A DNA stretch of 57,183 nucleotides from Bacteroidales bacterium (GTDB taxonomy: Bacteria > Bacteroidota > Bacteroidia > Bacteroidales > ML635J-15), in the NCBI GenBank assembly GCA_017645925.1, contig JAGCNN010000078.1, forward strand, positions 1-57,183, in the 5' to 3' direction. Shown here piece after piece: positions 18,019 to 30,900 of the stretch. Position 1 is the stretch's first letter. Each line of letters opens with the position of its first letter. Made by a program: the position numbers and the translations under genes. Under the pieces are notes generated by a model, which was not told the DNA's origin, made no database searches, and saw nothing but the letters and a program-made list of their open reading frames with translations.

Positions 18019-19191
18019 TTACAAAACCGATTTATGCCAAAACAAATATATGTGTTCTGCCCCACTCTGATTACCAAATAGATAATCGCCAAACTTACGG
18101 ATACTATTTTCTTGACATAGATAGTAATATTGTAGTTTTGCCCAATTGTCATCGGGATTGTTATGGATATGGCACAAATACGTGTATGCAATCAAACGCC
18201 TGTAGTAATTGAACCTACTGTTCGGGACATAGCAGAATGTTGATGGACAGCTATAGTTATAGCAGTAAAACACCCTATAAGCCCGCCATAGCAGAGGAAG
18301 CATAGGCGAATATTTTCCCGACTCGAAAAAAGACTCCACATCATCCAAAATATTGTCGCAGATTTCGTGTCCCCAAATACCTAACATAGTAAATGCACAC
18401 GCCAGTTTTGCATCATAGTCCGTGGTATTTTTATATGTTTCCCTTAGCTTTAGCATGTCTTCTTCCGTCGGATTGGCAGAATCAACCAAATACGTTTCGT
18501 AAACATCTGGGAAATCGGCTGGCAGATATGCATTTGGAGAAAGATGCGCCAATACTGTATCATACTCATCTTCCGTAATAAAATCAGGATACCACCATCC
18601 AACTTTCTCTACAATATCGGAAACAATAAGCCGTTCATCAACACTATCTACAGAACCGAGTGTACCTGCAAGAAAAGAATCAATGTGAGCATCACAAATC
18701 TCATTTAACCTACGGCGTACCATAGTATCATAAACTATTGGACACTCCACAATTGTATTCCTGCCAGTCAACGAATCAACGAATGAAATAGTCAGTTTGT
18801 CAGGACATTTAATCTTGTGCCATTCATCAAGAAGATAATCTTCAGCCGTGTCTTCCTGATAACGGATATAAGTCTCATGATCAATATACATAGCTTCCAT
18901 GAGTTCGCAGAAATTGTAAAAATCTGCCATAGCAAGAGCCAATGAATCATTCTCTAACTGTTGTGGCACCAACAAGGAAATTCGCTTGCTTGAATTAAAA
19001 ACAAATGAGCCAACTTCCTGCTCCAAAAGGCTGTCATCCTCAACAACCATCATGCTATCGGCAAGCATCGCACAAAAATATTCATCCTTATAACATTCTG
19101 GCACCTTATCACCCCTGCTGCAACCCTCAAACATCATAGCAAAAGACATTGCCATGCCAACGATTAAAACTTGTAAAAATCTACTTTCCAT
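18019..19191 (-). CDS. Hypothetical lipoprotein (390 aa)
   Basis: The sequence starts MESRFLQVLIVGMAMSFAMMFEGC|SRGD (lipobox-like). The body is acidic and Y/C-rich. I recognise no family. Confidence 0.55.
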   Translation of the reverse strand: MESRFLQVLIVGMAMSFAMMFEGCSRGDKVPECYKDEYFCAMLADSMMVVEDDSLLEQEVGSFVFNSSKRISLLVPQQLENDSLALAMADFYNFCELMEAMYIDHETYIRYQEDTAEDYLLDEWHKIKCPDKLTISFVDSLTGRNTIVECPIVYDTMVRRRLNEICDAHIDSFLAGTLGSVDSVDERLIVSDIVEKVGWWYPDFITEDEYDTVLAHLSPNAYLPADFPDVYETYLVDSANPTEEDMLKLRETYKNTTDYDAKLACAFTMLGIWGHEICDNILDDVESFFESGKYSPMLPLLWRAYRVFYCYNYSCPSTFCYVPNSRFNYYRRLIAYTYLCHIHNNPDDNWAKLQYYYLCQENSIRKFGDYLFGNQSGAEHIYLFWHKSVL

Positions 19192-19617
19192 ATCTTATTA
19201 TTTTATTGGTTATCCACATATTTCACATACTTTTTACTTAGTTTGCCATGCAAATATACAGTGACTTTTTCGCTTGCCAAAGTTTTTTGACCGCCGTTGT
19301 ATGAAAGCATTAGTTCGCTGTATGAAATTAAAGAACAACGATGAAATGGAAAATGAAGAGAACGCATAAACTGATGTTTGCACACGAAGCCACGAGCAAT
19401 GATTAGTTCAGAAAAGTGCAACTTGCCACCCATCTACCTATCCGGATTTTCACCCCAAAAACAGATTTCACACACAAAATTTCGCCACACTATACGATTT
19501 TTCGCCACAAGAAACACCACTTTGTCAAAAAAAAGCACAGCGTATCACATAAAAAATCAAGCATTTAAACTCTTGCATAGTTTTGTAGCCCGAAAAAACA
19601 CATCAACGACAACGATT

Positions 19618-20199
19618 ATGACAAAAATTAAAAATACAGTCGGTAAACGATGGGCAAAATTTTGCGGATGGCTACTAAGGAAACTTGGATGGAAAAGCAT
19701 TGGCGGCCCGATGCCAGAAGAAAAAGCCATAGTATTGGGTGTGCCGCATACATCATTCTTCGACTTTCCAATATGCTACTTATTTTATGCACAATTCGGA
19801 CAAATGGCGCACATCATGGTAAAGAAAGAACTATTTTTCTGGCCGCTAGGACCAATACTCCGCGCCTGCGGTGCTGTACCCGTTGACCGTAGCAATGCAA
19901 CAGCAACCATAAAAAGTATAATTTCGGCAATTAACGAAAACGACATTTTCCATCTGGCTATTGCCCCCGAAGGCACACGCAAGCCAGTAAAACGTTGGAA
20001 GACAGGATATCACCTTATTGCAAGGGAAACTGGAGCAGCAGTATATGTAGGCTACTACAACTGGGGCAAAAAGGAAATCAGTGTAGGGAAAAAATGGGAA
20101 CTATCAGAAAACCCAACCGATGACATCAGAAAAATTCAAGAATACTATTCAACACTTGACATACAAGGCAAGCATAAAAACAATTACATAACACATTGA
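19618..20199 (+). CDS. 1-acyl-sn-glycerol-3-phosphate acyltransferase-like (PlsC family) protein
   Basis: The ATG at 19618 (MTKIKNTVGKRWAKFCGWLL) is preferred over the long upstream extension. The HxxxxD acyltransferase motif is VPHTSFFDF, with a later APEGTR motif. Confidence 0.75.
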   Translation: MTKIKNTVGKRWAKFCGWLLRKLGWKSIGGPMPEEKAIVLGVPHTSFFDFPICYLFYAQFGQMAHIMVKKELFFWPLGPILRACGAVPVDRSNATATIKSIISAINENDIFHLAIAPEGTRKPVKRWKTGYHLIARETGAAVYVGYYNWGKKEISVGKKWELSENPTDDIRKIQEYYSTLDIQGKHKNNYITH

Positions 20200-20204
20200 A
20201 CATC

Positions 20205-21896
20205 ATGACAAAGAACATTAAAAATCCATACAAGGTAAGAAACAAGTACCGCGAAATATACTGCACTACGCTCAACAAAACGTTCAACTTTGCCACAACA
20301 CACTACTGGAAACGCACTATGGCACAATATGTTGACGGAGAACAACAATACACCTACAGCAGTTTTCGCGAAAAATGCAACATGCTCTCGACAAGGCTGT
20401 CAAGGTTTGGGATAAGTGCCGGCGACAAAATTGCAATCCTGTCACAGAACATGCCCAACTGGACATTGGCGTTTTTCACAGCCACAGCCTTCGGACGAAT
20501 AGCAGTGCCGATATTGCCCGACAGTTCGGAAAACGAAGTTACAAACATACTCACACATTCCGAAAGCAAAGTGATTTTCATATCAAAAAGGCTAATGCAC
20601 AAACTAAGCGACGAATGTAAGGAAAAGCTGACTTTAGTCATTGATATAGAAACACTTGAATTTGTAAAGCATAAACGCGAGGACTTTCAATGCAACGGAT
20701 GGACAAAAGAGCCTCTCCCCGACGACCTTGCAACAATAATCTACACATCTGGAACAACGGGCAAGGCTAAAGGAGTTATGCTCAGCCATCGCAACCTATG
20801 CCACAACCTAGTAGCATCGTACAAGGCACAACCATGCAACAAGAACGACCGGTTTCTGTCAATACTGCCAATGTCGCATGCCTACGAGATGTGCGTATCA
20901 AGCTTGTACTCGTTCTATGTAGGCGCCTGCTGCTACTACATACAAAAGCCACCAACTCCCTCCATTCTTATTCCTGCAATGAAAAAGGTAAAGCCTACAA
21001 TCATGCTAGGTGTGCCACTGATAATTGAGAAAATATACCACAACAGCATTGTCCCGACGATAAACAAAAGTCGCGTACTAAAATGGATGGAAAAGCATAC
21101 TCCGCGACTGCTGCATAGCCTAATTGGGCACAAACTGATAAAAACTTTCGGTGGTAAACTTAGATTCTTCGGAATTGGCGGCTCTAAATTAGACACAAAC
21201 GTTGAAGAATTTCTTGCAAAATGCAAATTCCCCTACGCCATTGGATATGGACTTACCGAAACTGCGCCCTTGGTATGCAATGTACTTGTAAACAAAAAGA
21301 AACGTGTCGGTTCAATAGGTATTGCAGCCTATAAGGTTGAAATTCGCCTAGACAACCAAGACGCCAAGACGGGAGAAGGCGAAATAGTATGCCGCGGCGA
21401 CAATGTTATGCTTGGCTACTACAAAGACCCAGAACGCACATTGCAGGTTCTTGACGAGGACGGATGGTTTAGAACCAACGACATTGCCACAGTTGACGAT
21501 GATGGCTACTACTACATCCGCGGCAGGCTGAACAATACGATTGTTGGTCCATCGGGTGAAAACATATATCCCGAAGAAATAGAGATGGTAATAAACGACA
21601 TGGAAGGTGTTGACGAATCGCTTGTGATGGAACGGGACGGAGAACTTGTTGCCTTGGTAAAATTTGACGACAATGCACTGGACTGGAATCAAGAATACGA
21701 AGACCACTTTTTTGAAAAGGTAGAAAGCATGAAAAAATCGGTGATGGACTTTGTAAACCGTGCAGTCGGCAAGAACTCGAAAATTGGCAAGGTAGAAGCA
21801 ATGAAAGAACCTTTTGAAAAGACTGCCACGCAAAAGATTCGCAGGTTCAAGTATAAGAAAGATGCTGAGAAAAAAGTCTTGCCAAACAACAAATAA
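20205..21896 (+). CDS. AMP-dependent synthetase/ligase (long-chain fatty-acid--CoA ligase-like)
   Basis: The AMP-binding signature is IIYTSGTTGKAKGVML, followed by GYGLTET and a C-terminal domain. The ATG at 20205 lies 5 nt after the acyltransferase stop. Confidence 0.85.
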   Translation: MTKNIKNPYKVRNKYREIYCTTLNKTFNFATTHYWKRTMAQYVDGEQQYTYSSFREKCNMLSTRLSRFGISAGDKIAILSQNMPNWTLAFFTATAFGRIAVPILPDSSENEVTNILTHSESKVIFISKRLMHKLSDECKEKLTLVIDIETLEFVKHKREDFQCNGWTKEPLPDDLATIIYTSGTTGKAKGVMLSHRNLCHNLVASYKAQPCNKNDRFLSILPMSHAYEMCVSSLYSFYVGACCYYIQKPPTPSILIPAMKKVKPTIMLGVPLIIEKIYHNSIVPTINKSRVLKWMEKHTPRLLHSLIGHKLIKTFGGKLRFFGIGGSKLDTNVEEFLAKCKFPYAIGYGLTETAPLVCNVLVNKKKRVGSIGIAAYKVEIRLDNQDAKTGEGEIVCRGDNVMLGYYKDPERTLQVLDEDGWFRTNDIATVDDDGYYYIRGRLNNTIVGPSGENIYPEEIEMVINDMEGVDESLVMERDGELVALVKFDDNALDWNQEYEDHFFEKVESMKKSVMDFVNRAVGKNSKIGKVEAMKEPFEKTATQKIRRFKYKKDAEKKVLPNNK

Positions 21897-21947
21897 AAAA
21901 GGACGAACTTTGGAAGTCCGCCCCTTTATAAATGAGAGTAGAGTATT

Positions 21948-24900
21948 CTAATAAATTATAGTAACCGAACCACGATATGGTTCTTCATCGTCGAACAGGT
22001 CAATTATGAACATATAAGTTCCGGCTGGTACAAAGTGGCCTCTGTAACGACCATCCCATGGTTCATTGTAACCCTTAGAGGTGAACATCAACTGACCCCA
22101 ACGATTGAATACATAAACCTCGGCAGCCGGGAACATTTCCACGTTATCAATAAGCCATGTATCGTTTACGCCATCCCCATTAGGAGTGAAGACATTTGGA
22201 ATACGCAAGCAAGGAACGTCCACATCGGTAAGTACGACCTCGGTTTCATCGGACTTACATCCGTTGGCATCGACAACATACAATGTATATTCACCCGACG
22301 GCATATTAGGAAGTACTGCAACATCGGACTTGCTTTCGTTCCAGTAATACATATAAGGCTCGACACCACCTACAGCACTCATCTCTATTTGACCTGTACG
22401 GCTGTTGCGGCAGAACGGATGTTGTATATCAACATTCATGAGCAGTGCATCGGGCTGATATACCAATACCGATTCAATAGCATCACAACCATTATTGTCG
22501 GTTACCCTGACAACATAGTAGCCTGCATTCAAATTATTGAATACGCTGACCATTGACGGACGAATGAGATTATCAATCGAGTAACTGTATGGCTCAACAC
22601 CACCAGTAGCCTGAACTTCAATCTTACCAGTCTTTTCACCGTTACAATTTATTCCAGTTGCAGTTGCATCAATTGAAATTGCAGCCGGAGCCTCAAGCGT
22701 TATGCTCTTCACTGCCGAGCAACCTACTTGGTCGGTAATAGTAAGCGAATATGTACCCATTCCAACATTTGTAAGTTCGCTTTCAGTTGTTGAAGTGTTC
22801 CACAGATAAGTGTAAGGAGCAACACCGCCAAAAGCAGTAGCGACAATCTTACCGTCGTGCGAATCGTAGCACAATGGCGACTCGATGTAGGTCTGCAAAT
22901 TCATTTCTGGAGGTGAAACAAGATTTATTCCTGCCTGACCTGTACAACCCCATGCATCGGTAATAGTTACCATATAAGCACCTTCGAACAAGTTATAGAT
23001 TTCAGGTGAAGCATTGCCAGTACTCCATGAGTAGTAAGGCTGACCTGCAGCATCGGGACATTGAGCAGCAATAATACCATCGTTGTAACCGTGGCAGCTA
23101 ATTGGCTGCGATACGGTTATGTTAACCGAAAGCATTCCCTGCATCAATATCTGAGCCTCAGCACTTGCCTGACACATGTTTGCATCAACAACAGTAAGTC
23201 CGTATGTACCGACTGCCAGTCCAATGTTATCTGGAGCATCGGCAGCACCATTAGACCAGATGTATGTGTAAGGACGTGTACCACCTACAACAACAGCGCT
23301 AATTGAGCCCTCAACGACACCGCACTGGAGGTCGCGAGTTACGAGCGAAGGAGTGATTTCCATAGGCTGCTGAACGTTGCATTGCAATGCTGCCGAACAT
23401 CCACCTGAATCGTAAACCGTAACAGTGTAGTTTCCTGCAGTGAGGTTAGTTGCTGTTTGCGAAGTCTGACCATCGCTCCAATTGTAGGTGTAACCAGGAT
23501 TTCCACCAGTTGCCAATACAGTAACAGAAGTTGTTCCACCGTTGCAGTCAATTGTTCCTATCGAAGAGAAATCAACATTGAAAACAGGAGCCTGCCTTAT
23601 TTGTATTGTCGCCGTATTGGTACAACCGTTTGCAGCAGTTGCTGTAACAGTATATAGATTTTCTGTTACAACTGTATTTGACTGCGTATCAGTTCCATCG
23701 CTCCACATATATGATTGACCACCATTTGCTGTGAGCGTAATCGCGGTTGTCAAGCAATTCAATTCAGAAGTTTCTGGAGTAGTCGTTATTGAAACATAAG
23801 GCTGAACAATATTCTCGAGTATGCCAATAGATGTCGTTGAAGTACATCCATTTGCACCAGTAGCAGTTAACGTATATTGTCCGTGAGTTGTGAATGTTCT
23901 ATCATCAGCAACAACATTATCGTTCCAACGGTAGGTTACATCCGGATTACTCATAATTATATGTATGCTCGGATTGTTGCAGTCGATTTCATAGGTTCCT
24001 GTTTCGTTTATAACGTCAAATACAGGAGGATTGTAATCGGTTGTAATTTCAAAAGAAGCAGAAGCTGTACATCCGTTAGAACCTGTAGATGTTACTGTAT
24101 ATACACCAGGACCAACAAATGAATTGAGATAATTGCTCGGATTTGAACCGCCCGACCAAGCATATGCGACACCATTGCCACTTGCGGTAACGTCAATATG
24201 GTCAGTAGTACAATTTAATTCGTAAGAACCAGTTACACTGCTAACATTCAAGTTTGGAACTGTGTTATCGCTCCGAATGGTTATATCGGCAGAACCTGTA
24301 CATCCATTAGCCGAAGTAACAGTTACCGTGTATGTACCGGGTGTAGTAACAGTCTGAGAAGCACCTCCACCCCATAATGAATTGCCCCAAGCGAATTGGT
24401 ACTGAGAGCCATTTTGAGCCTGAGCTATGATGTCAATTGAATGGAGATTGCAGTTTAGAGTTTCTGTTCCAGACATATTATCAATATAGACGATAGGTGC
24501 AGAACTATTTTGATCTATGGTTATTGAAGCCTCGCCTTCACAACCATTCTGTGCTTTTACTGTTACAGTATATTGACCAGCTTGGGTTACCGTAATATTT
24601 GGACCTACCTGATTATTCGACCATGTATATAAAACACCGTCAGGTGAAGATGCGCCAAGAGTAAGCTGGCTATGCGAACAATCGAGTTCGGAGTTTTCGC
24701 TTGTTATTCTTATAGTAGGAGACGGAGTTGTAAAGTCTTCGGTTACAACAACGTATGCTGTATTAGAACAACCATTTGCGCCATAAGCTGTTACTGTATA
24801 TGTGCCAGCGGCAGTCAAATCAATTTCAGCACCCTCGTATCCACCAGTCCATTGATACAAAACACCAGTTCCTGTTGCAATAGCATGCACAGAAGTTGCA

Positions 24901-27900
24901 TTACAATCTATTTGGTTGAAACCACTTTCGTTTCTTATCGAAACTGTAGGAGGTGTTGTGTTTTCTGTAATTGATAATGATGCGACGGCGGTACATCCAT
25001 TAGCAGCGGTAGCCGTTACTGTGTAAATACCTGTTGCTTCCACTACGTTTGCAGCCTCGTTAGGATTTCTACCGCCCGACCACGCATAGCTTACAGCATC
25101 GCCGATAGCAGTAATTGGCAATTCAAATGTTGTACATGTAAGTACCGTATTTGGAGCATCAATTTCCACATGAGGTCTGCCCATCGTCTCTGATATCGGA
25201 ATTTGTGCCGTATTTGTACAACCATTGCTAGCAGTTGCTGTAACAACATAAGAACCAATAGTGGTCAGTTCGTTGGTTGCCTGATTGGTGAAGGAACCGC
25301 CAGACCAGCTATACGAAACGATATTATCATTACTACCTGCAGGCATTTCAAATACAGCCGTTACTGAGATTACTGAGATATCGCATGTAAGAACATCGGT
25401 TCCTGTATTGTTTGTTATTTCAATAAAATCTGGCTGAGTAATATTCTCCTCAATTGTTATCTCGTCAACAGAAGTACAACCATTCGGTGCTGTTGCAGTA
25501 ACGTAGTACGTTGCCGGAGCTGTGAACGAGTTACCTGTACCAGTCAAGTTTTCACCACCCGACCATACATAGTCGTCAGCATCACTATCATCGATTAGTG
25601 TTACCGAAATCGAAGGACCAGCACATGTCAATACGGTAGTATTTGAGTTATTACCAATTTCAACATTAGGCACATTAACATCCTCGGTTATTTCGATTTC
25701 GGCAGTTGCGGAACAACCATTTTCACCAGTAGCCGTTACAGAATATGAACCAGGAGCCGTTACATCAAGAGTTCCGTTATCCCACGAAAGTGTAGCACCT
25801 TCGGAGGCGGTTGCCTCAAGTGTAATAGGAATATTATTATAAGAATTATAACATGTCAGAACTGTAGTTGCAGGAGGCACTATAGTTACATCTGGTTCAT
25901 CCCTATTCACCAGAACGGTAGCAGTTGCAACTCTTTGACAGCCATTAGGAGCAGTAGCAGTAACCATATAAGTTCCAGCTTCCCTTATGTCAGTAGGATC
26001 AACACCGTCAGCCCATGTAAGTACGTATGACGGATCAGCAGCAGGAGTAAGCTCAACAGATTCAAGCAAACAAGTTAACGTTGCCATACTTGGAACTATT
26101 GATACTTCAGACATATCAGAATCCTGATTTATCATAACAGTTTCAGATGCAACACAACCATTAGATGCTGTTCCCACAACTGTATATTCGCGATTACCTT
26201 CGGTAACAATCAGTTGAGCGCCTGTAGAATTATTATCATCATTCCAAACATAGCTTGCGGCACCGCTTGCTGTAAGTACAACCTGCGACACAGTACAAGT
26301 CAAAGCAGGAGCACTTTGCTCTATAGTAATAGTAGGCAAACTTTCGTCCAATGAAATATGAATCAAATCTGAAGCCTCGCAACCGTTATCAGCAACAGCA
26401 GTAACAACATAATCCCCAGAAGCAGGATAATTATCAGGTGTTGCTACATTAGATGGCGACCATGTGAGAGTTCCCTGTCCTGTAGCAGTAAGTGTTATCG
26501 ACTGCGTTGTACAGTTTAGAGTAATTGTTGACGGTTGGTCGATTAAAACAGTTGGAGTACTTTCGTCTATTGTTATTTCTATGCTAGCCTCCGATTTACA
26601 ATTGTTGGAAGGATCAGTTGCCGTTACTGTATATATGCGAGGTGCGCTAACTTGATATTCAGCCGGACTTGGACTACTTGAACCCGGAGTCCACTCAAGC
26701 ATAGCATTATCAGTGGTAGAAGTACCCGTTAAAGTTATTACATTATTTGTACATGTAAGTTCCGTTGAAGGACTTGCTGTAATGGATACGTTAGGATGTT
26801 CATCATTGCGAGTAATATTTACCTGAGTTGAAGCTGTACAAGAGTTATCGTCTGTTACAGTTACGGTATAAACACCTTCAGTTGTAAATGTATTCTGAGC
26901 ACCCTCAACTCCATTAGACCACACATAAGAAGAACCACCCGTTGCCACAACTGTAATCTCAGTAATATCACATGTTATTTCGGTAGAACCGACTTCCGGA
27001 TTAGGAATATTTGGCTTAGGAATATCGTTAACCATAACAGTAACTTCGTCAGTATAAGTGCTTATAGCATCATCACCGCAAGCTGTTGAAGTAAGTGTTA
27101 CTCGGTATGTAAACGAGGCTACCAAACCTGGCGTTACCGTGATACGTTCACCGCCTGTTGTCAAAAGTCCGGCATAATCCTCAAGACCTACAGGGTCGGT
27201 AGAAACAACAGCCCATTCCAAAGTATATCCAGTTCCTGCATTATGCACATTAGCTATAAGCACATCATCGTCACCGAAACAGATAGATGGTATAGCAACT
27301 GCATCAACATCTGGAAGTTCACCAATTTGAATCTCGACCTGAGCAGAAGCAGTACATCCGTTTTCATCGGTAACAGTTACCGAATACGGAGCACTAACAG
27401 TCATCGCTGGAGTTGTAAGTTGAGCTGTAGTTGTCGTATTGTCAGACCATGCATACTGGAAAGTTCCAGCACCATTTGACGGGTGAGCAGTAAGAGTTGT
27501 GGTTGTTCCAGAACAAATTGAAAGAGCACCAGAAATATCAACAGTAGGACTAGTTGTTGTATTTCCAATTGTAACAGTCTGTTCGGTGTAGCAGATACCG
27601 AGTGTAGATTCATTTGTAATTGTTACAGTATAGGAACCTGCCTCAAGACCGCTGAATACGATATCGCTTCCTGTTGTAGTCTGCGATGCCTGACCTGTTA
27701 CATCAACAGTGTATGTAGAACCTGATAGTCCGCCTGCGAATCCGCTAACAGTAATAGTACCATTGTAAGGTTCTTCGCACTTTGTATTGTTAGCAGGAGT
27801 AACATTTGCGGTAGGTGTTGCCGATACGGTAATTGCCTGCTGAACATCAGCCGTACATCCATTGCCATCGGTTACACGCAAGTTATAAACGACATCGGTG

Positions 27901-30900
27901 CTACCCTGAGTTACAGTCGGGTTAACCGAAATGGAAGATACGGTTACCGAAGTCGGCAAACCGGGCGATACAGTATATGTTGCATCCGAAGAGGTTGTGC
28001 AAGTCCAACGATAGCTATTGAAAGTTGCCGGTTGTGAAGTCAATGTTACCGAAGAACCGTTGCATATTTCATCGGCGCTTGCTACAATTGATACATCAGG
28101 AGTATCGTAAACATTTATGGAAACATCAAACGCCTTTTCTTCGCATGGATTCCATGTATCGGAAGCTCCAGTTGTGCTTACTGTAATGTTGAAAGTTCCA
28201 GCTTCTGTTGGTGTTCCCGACAATGTCAATGTATGAGCTGCATCATCGGTAACAGCCGACACACCTGCTGGCAAGGTACCAGTCTGCGAAACGCCAGTAG
28301 CACCGCCTCCGTATGTAAATACGATGGTTGACAAATCGTTTCCAAGGCAGAACGACTGAGAACGGCTTCCGGTAGCCTCAAGTGTCGGGTCAATACCTAT
28401 AGTTATATTACCCGAAGTAGAAGCTGGCTTACAAGCATCAATAGTACCAGTTGTTGCTATAAAATAGTCGTAGCTACCCGGTTCGGTAGGTGTACCTGCT
28501 ATTGTAACCGTATGAGCCGTAGTATTTACGTTAGCAGTAAGGCCTGCTGGCATATCCGAAACATTTGCACCAGTAGCACCGCCGCCATAAGTATATACTA
28601 TAGTAGTGAATGACTGGTTAGGCAAGCAGAGTTCCTGACCATCGGTGCCAGCTGCAGATGTAAGAACAAGAGTTGCATTGGTAGAGATTTCGATAACACC
28701 CTGCAAACTCTTATCTGGACATTGAGAAGAAGGATCAGATGTTGTAGTTACCACATAAGTATAAGAACCTTCGCCTGCTGTAGCCATACCTGAAATTGTT
28801 ACAACATTTCCAACCACATCATAGGTTAATCCATCGGGCAAACCAGTTACGGTAGCACCTGTTGCAGTACCGCCAAATTCGTACTGGATATTATCGTCCC
28901 ACTCACCATTCTGGCAAAGCACAGCATCAGGCGAATCGGAAAGCAATACTAATGTTGCAGGCTGAGTTATTTCTACAGTTCCTGTCAACGTAACATCACC
29001 GCAAGGAGCAACCACATTGGTTGTCGTAACCGTGAATGAACCGGCAGCGGTTGCATTTCCCGATATTGTAAGCGTATGGTTAGTAGTATTGAGTGTAGCT
29101 GTAAGTCCGCTTGGCAAGCCAGAAGCCTCTGCTCCACCGGCACCACCGCCGTATGTATATACGAAATTGACTGGAGAACCAACACATACCGTCTGGGTAG
29201 CATCACCGCTAGTAAGAGTAAGCGTTGCTGGCTCGGTTACTGTTATTGTACGTGTTACCGGTAAATTTGTACATGGACTTGTTGCACCAGTAGTGGTTAT
29301 GGTGTAACTGTATGTTCCTGCGTTAGCTGTTGGTGTTCCAGAAATCACAATCTGATGTGCAGTTGCGTCTGTATTGAATACCAATCCAGCAGGAAGACCT
29401 GTAACATCGGCACCATTTGCACCACCACCGTATGTAAATATAATGTTGGCACTTGTTTCGCCCTTGCACAAGGTTTCAGTTCCAGAGGTATATTCCAATG
29501 TCGGCTGCGGATTTACAGTGATTAACATTGTAGTTATTGTTGCACACTGACCTGCATCTGGAGTAAAGGTATAAGTATTGGTCGAATTTGTTATATTCGG
29601 AGACCATCTTCCTGTAATGTTGTTTAACGATGTTGTTGGCAAATCATCAACAGTTGTTCCTTCGCAATAAGGACCTGCCTGGTCAAATACAGGAGTTATA
29701 TTACCTTCGTTAACAATTATTCGTCCGGTTGCCGTAACTTCTGTGCAGTGGAGCCCCGAAGCACTTACCGTAGTAATTATATAGTTATATGTACCATGAG
29801 CATCTGGAGAACCTGAAACTGTAACGGTATTACCAGACACGGTAAGAGTTACACCTGCTGGCAGACCTGTTGCCGTTGCGCTTACTGCAGAACCACCCAA
29901 AGTATATTGAATATCTATTATAGGTTGATCCTCGCATACGGTCTGGTTTTCATCACCTGATGTTGCAACATGAGTAATGGTAGGAGCAACAGCTGTATAA
30001 GAAAGAGGAATAGTTGTTGAACAACCAAGGTTGTCGGCAAGCAAGATGTTACATGTCTGTTCACCGTTAGATGCTGTCTGCGGAGCCACCGTAAGGTTAT
30101 TGCCGTTCACACTGGCAATGCTGTTGCAGTCGGTGCTCACAGCATCCAAGTTGACCGTATAGTCCCAGTTGCTAGGCAGGAGGTCTTCCGAAAGTGCAAT
30201 TTCCCAATCGAATACATACCCGTTGTCCAAGCCCCAACTATCGCAGACCGAAATAGACCATGTTCCGTTAAGCGGACATCCTATAAGGTTGGAGAAACTC
30301 TGGAACGGCTGATACATTTGTGTACCATTGTCAACATTTGATGGCAATACATGATATAAATTCTGTGATTCAGCCACACCATTATCATAGGTAGTAGATG
30401 GCGTTGCCATATTTGCCACATCATAAACATAGCCTACAGTAGTATATTGCGAACTGCTAGTCCAAGCATAGTCGAATCCAACTCCTGGCAGGTTGTGTTC
30501 ATCGGAACCATTACATATCTGTGTTGCACTAAGGTTATCAGCTTCATTGACATCATAAAAATCTGGTTCGCCGAACAATATACGTCTATATCTGCCAACA
30601 TCCTCGTATGAAGAAACTACACCATTTCCACCACAAGAATAAGTGAGGAAATACTGGGCAGCAGCCTGAGATGGGAATGAGTATGCATTGCCTTCTGTTG
30701 TATTGTCGCGTGTCAGCCATACTATATAACCTTCATCTCCTTGATATGTATATCCTATTACATAATACGATATATTATCTTGGCTAGGACCAATACCATA
30801 CACGGTATAATCTCTACCTGAATAATAACGTGACAAGAAATTAGTTATAAAATCCTGTGCATCTGAATTGCTACTAAACGAAGCCAAATAATAAGTATAA

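Noticed and set aside
19203-19433. 76-aa minus-strand ORF in the intergenic region upstream of the acyltransferase gene
   Set aside because: It has no signal, motif or coupling to neighbours, and its composition is typical of a chance ORF in AT-rich spacer. The same applies to 55269-55559 and 48434-48616.
21897-21947. Terminator between the convergent acyl-CoA ligase gene and giant gene 1
   Set aside because: Only a 4-bp GGAC/GTCC stem with mismatched extension can be drawn (GGACGAACTTTGGAAGTCC). It is too weak to annotate.
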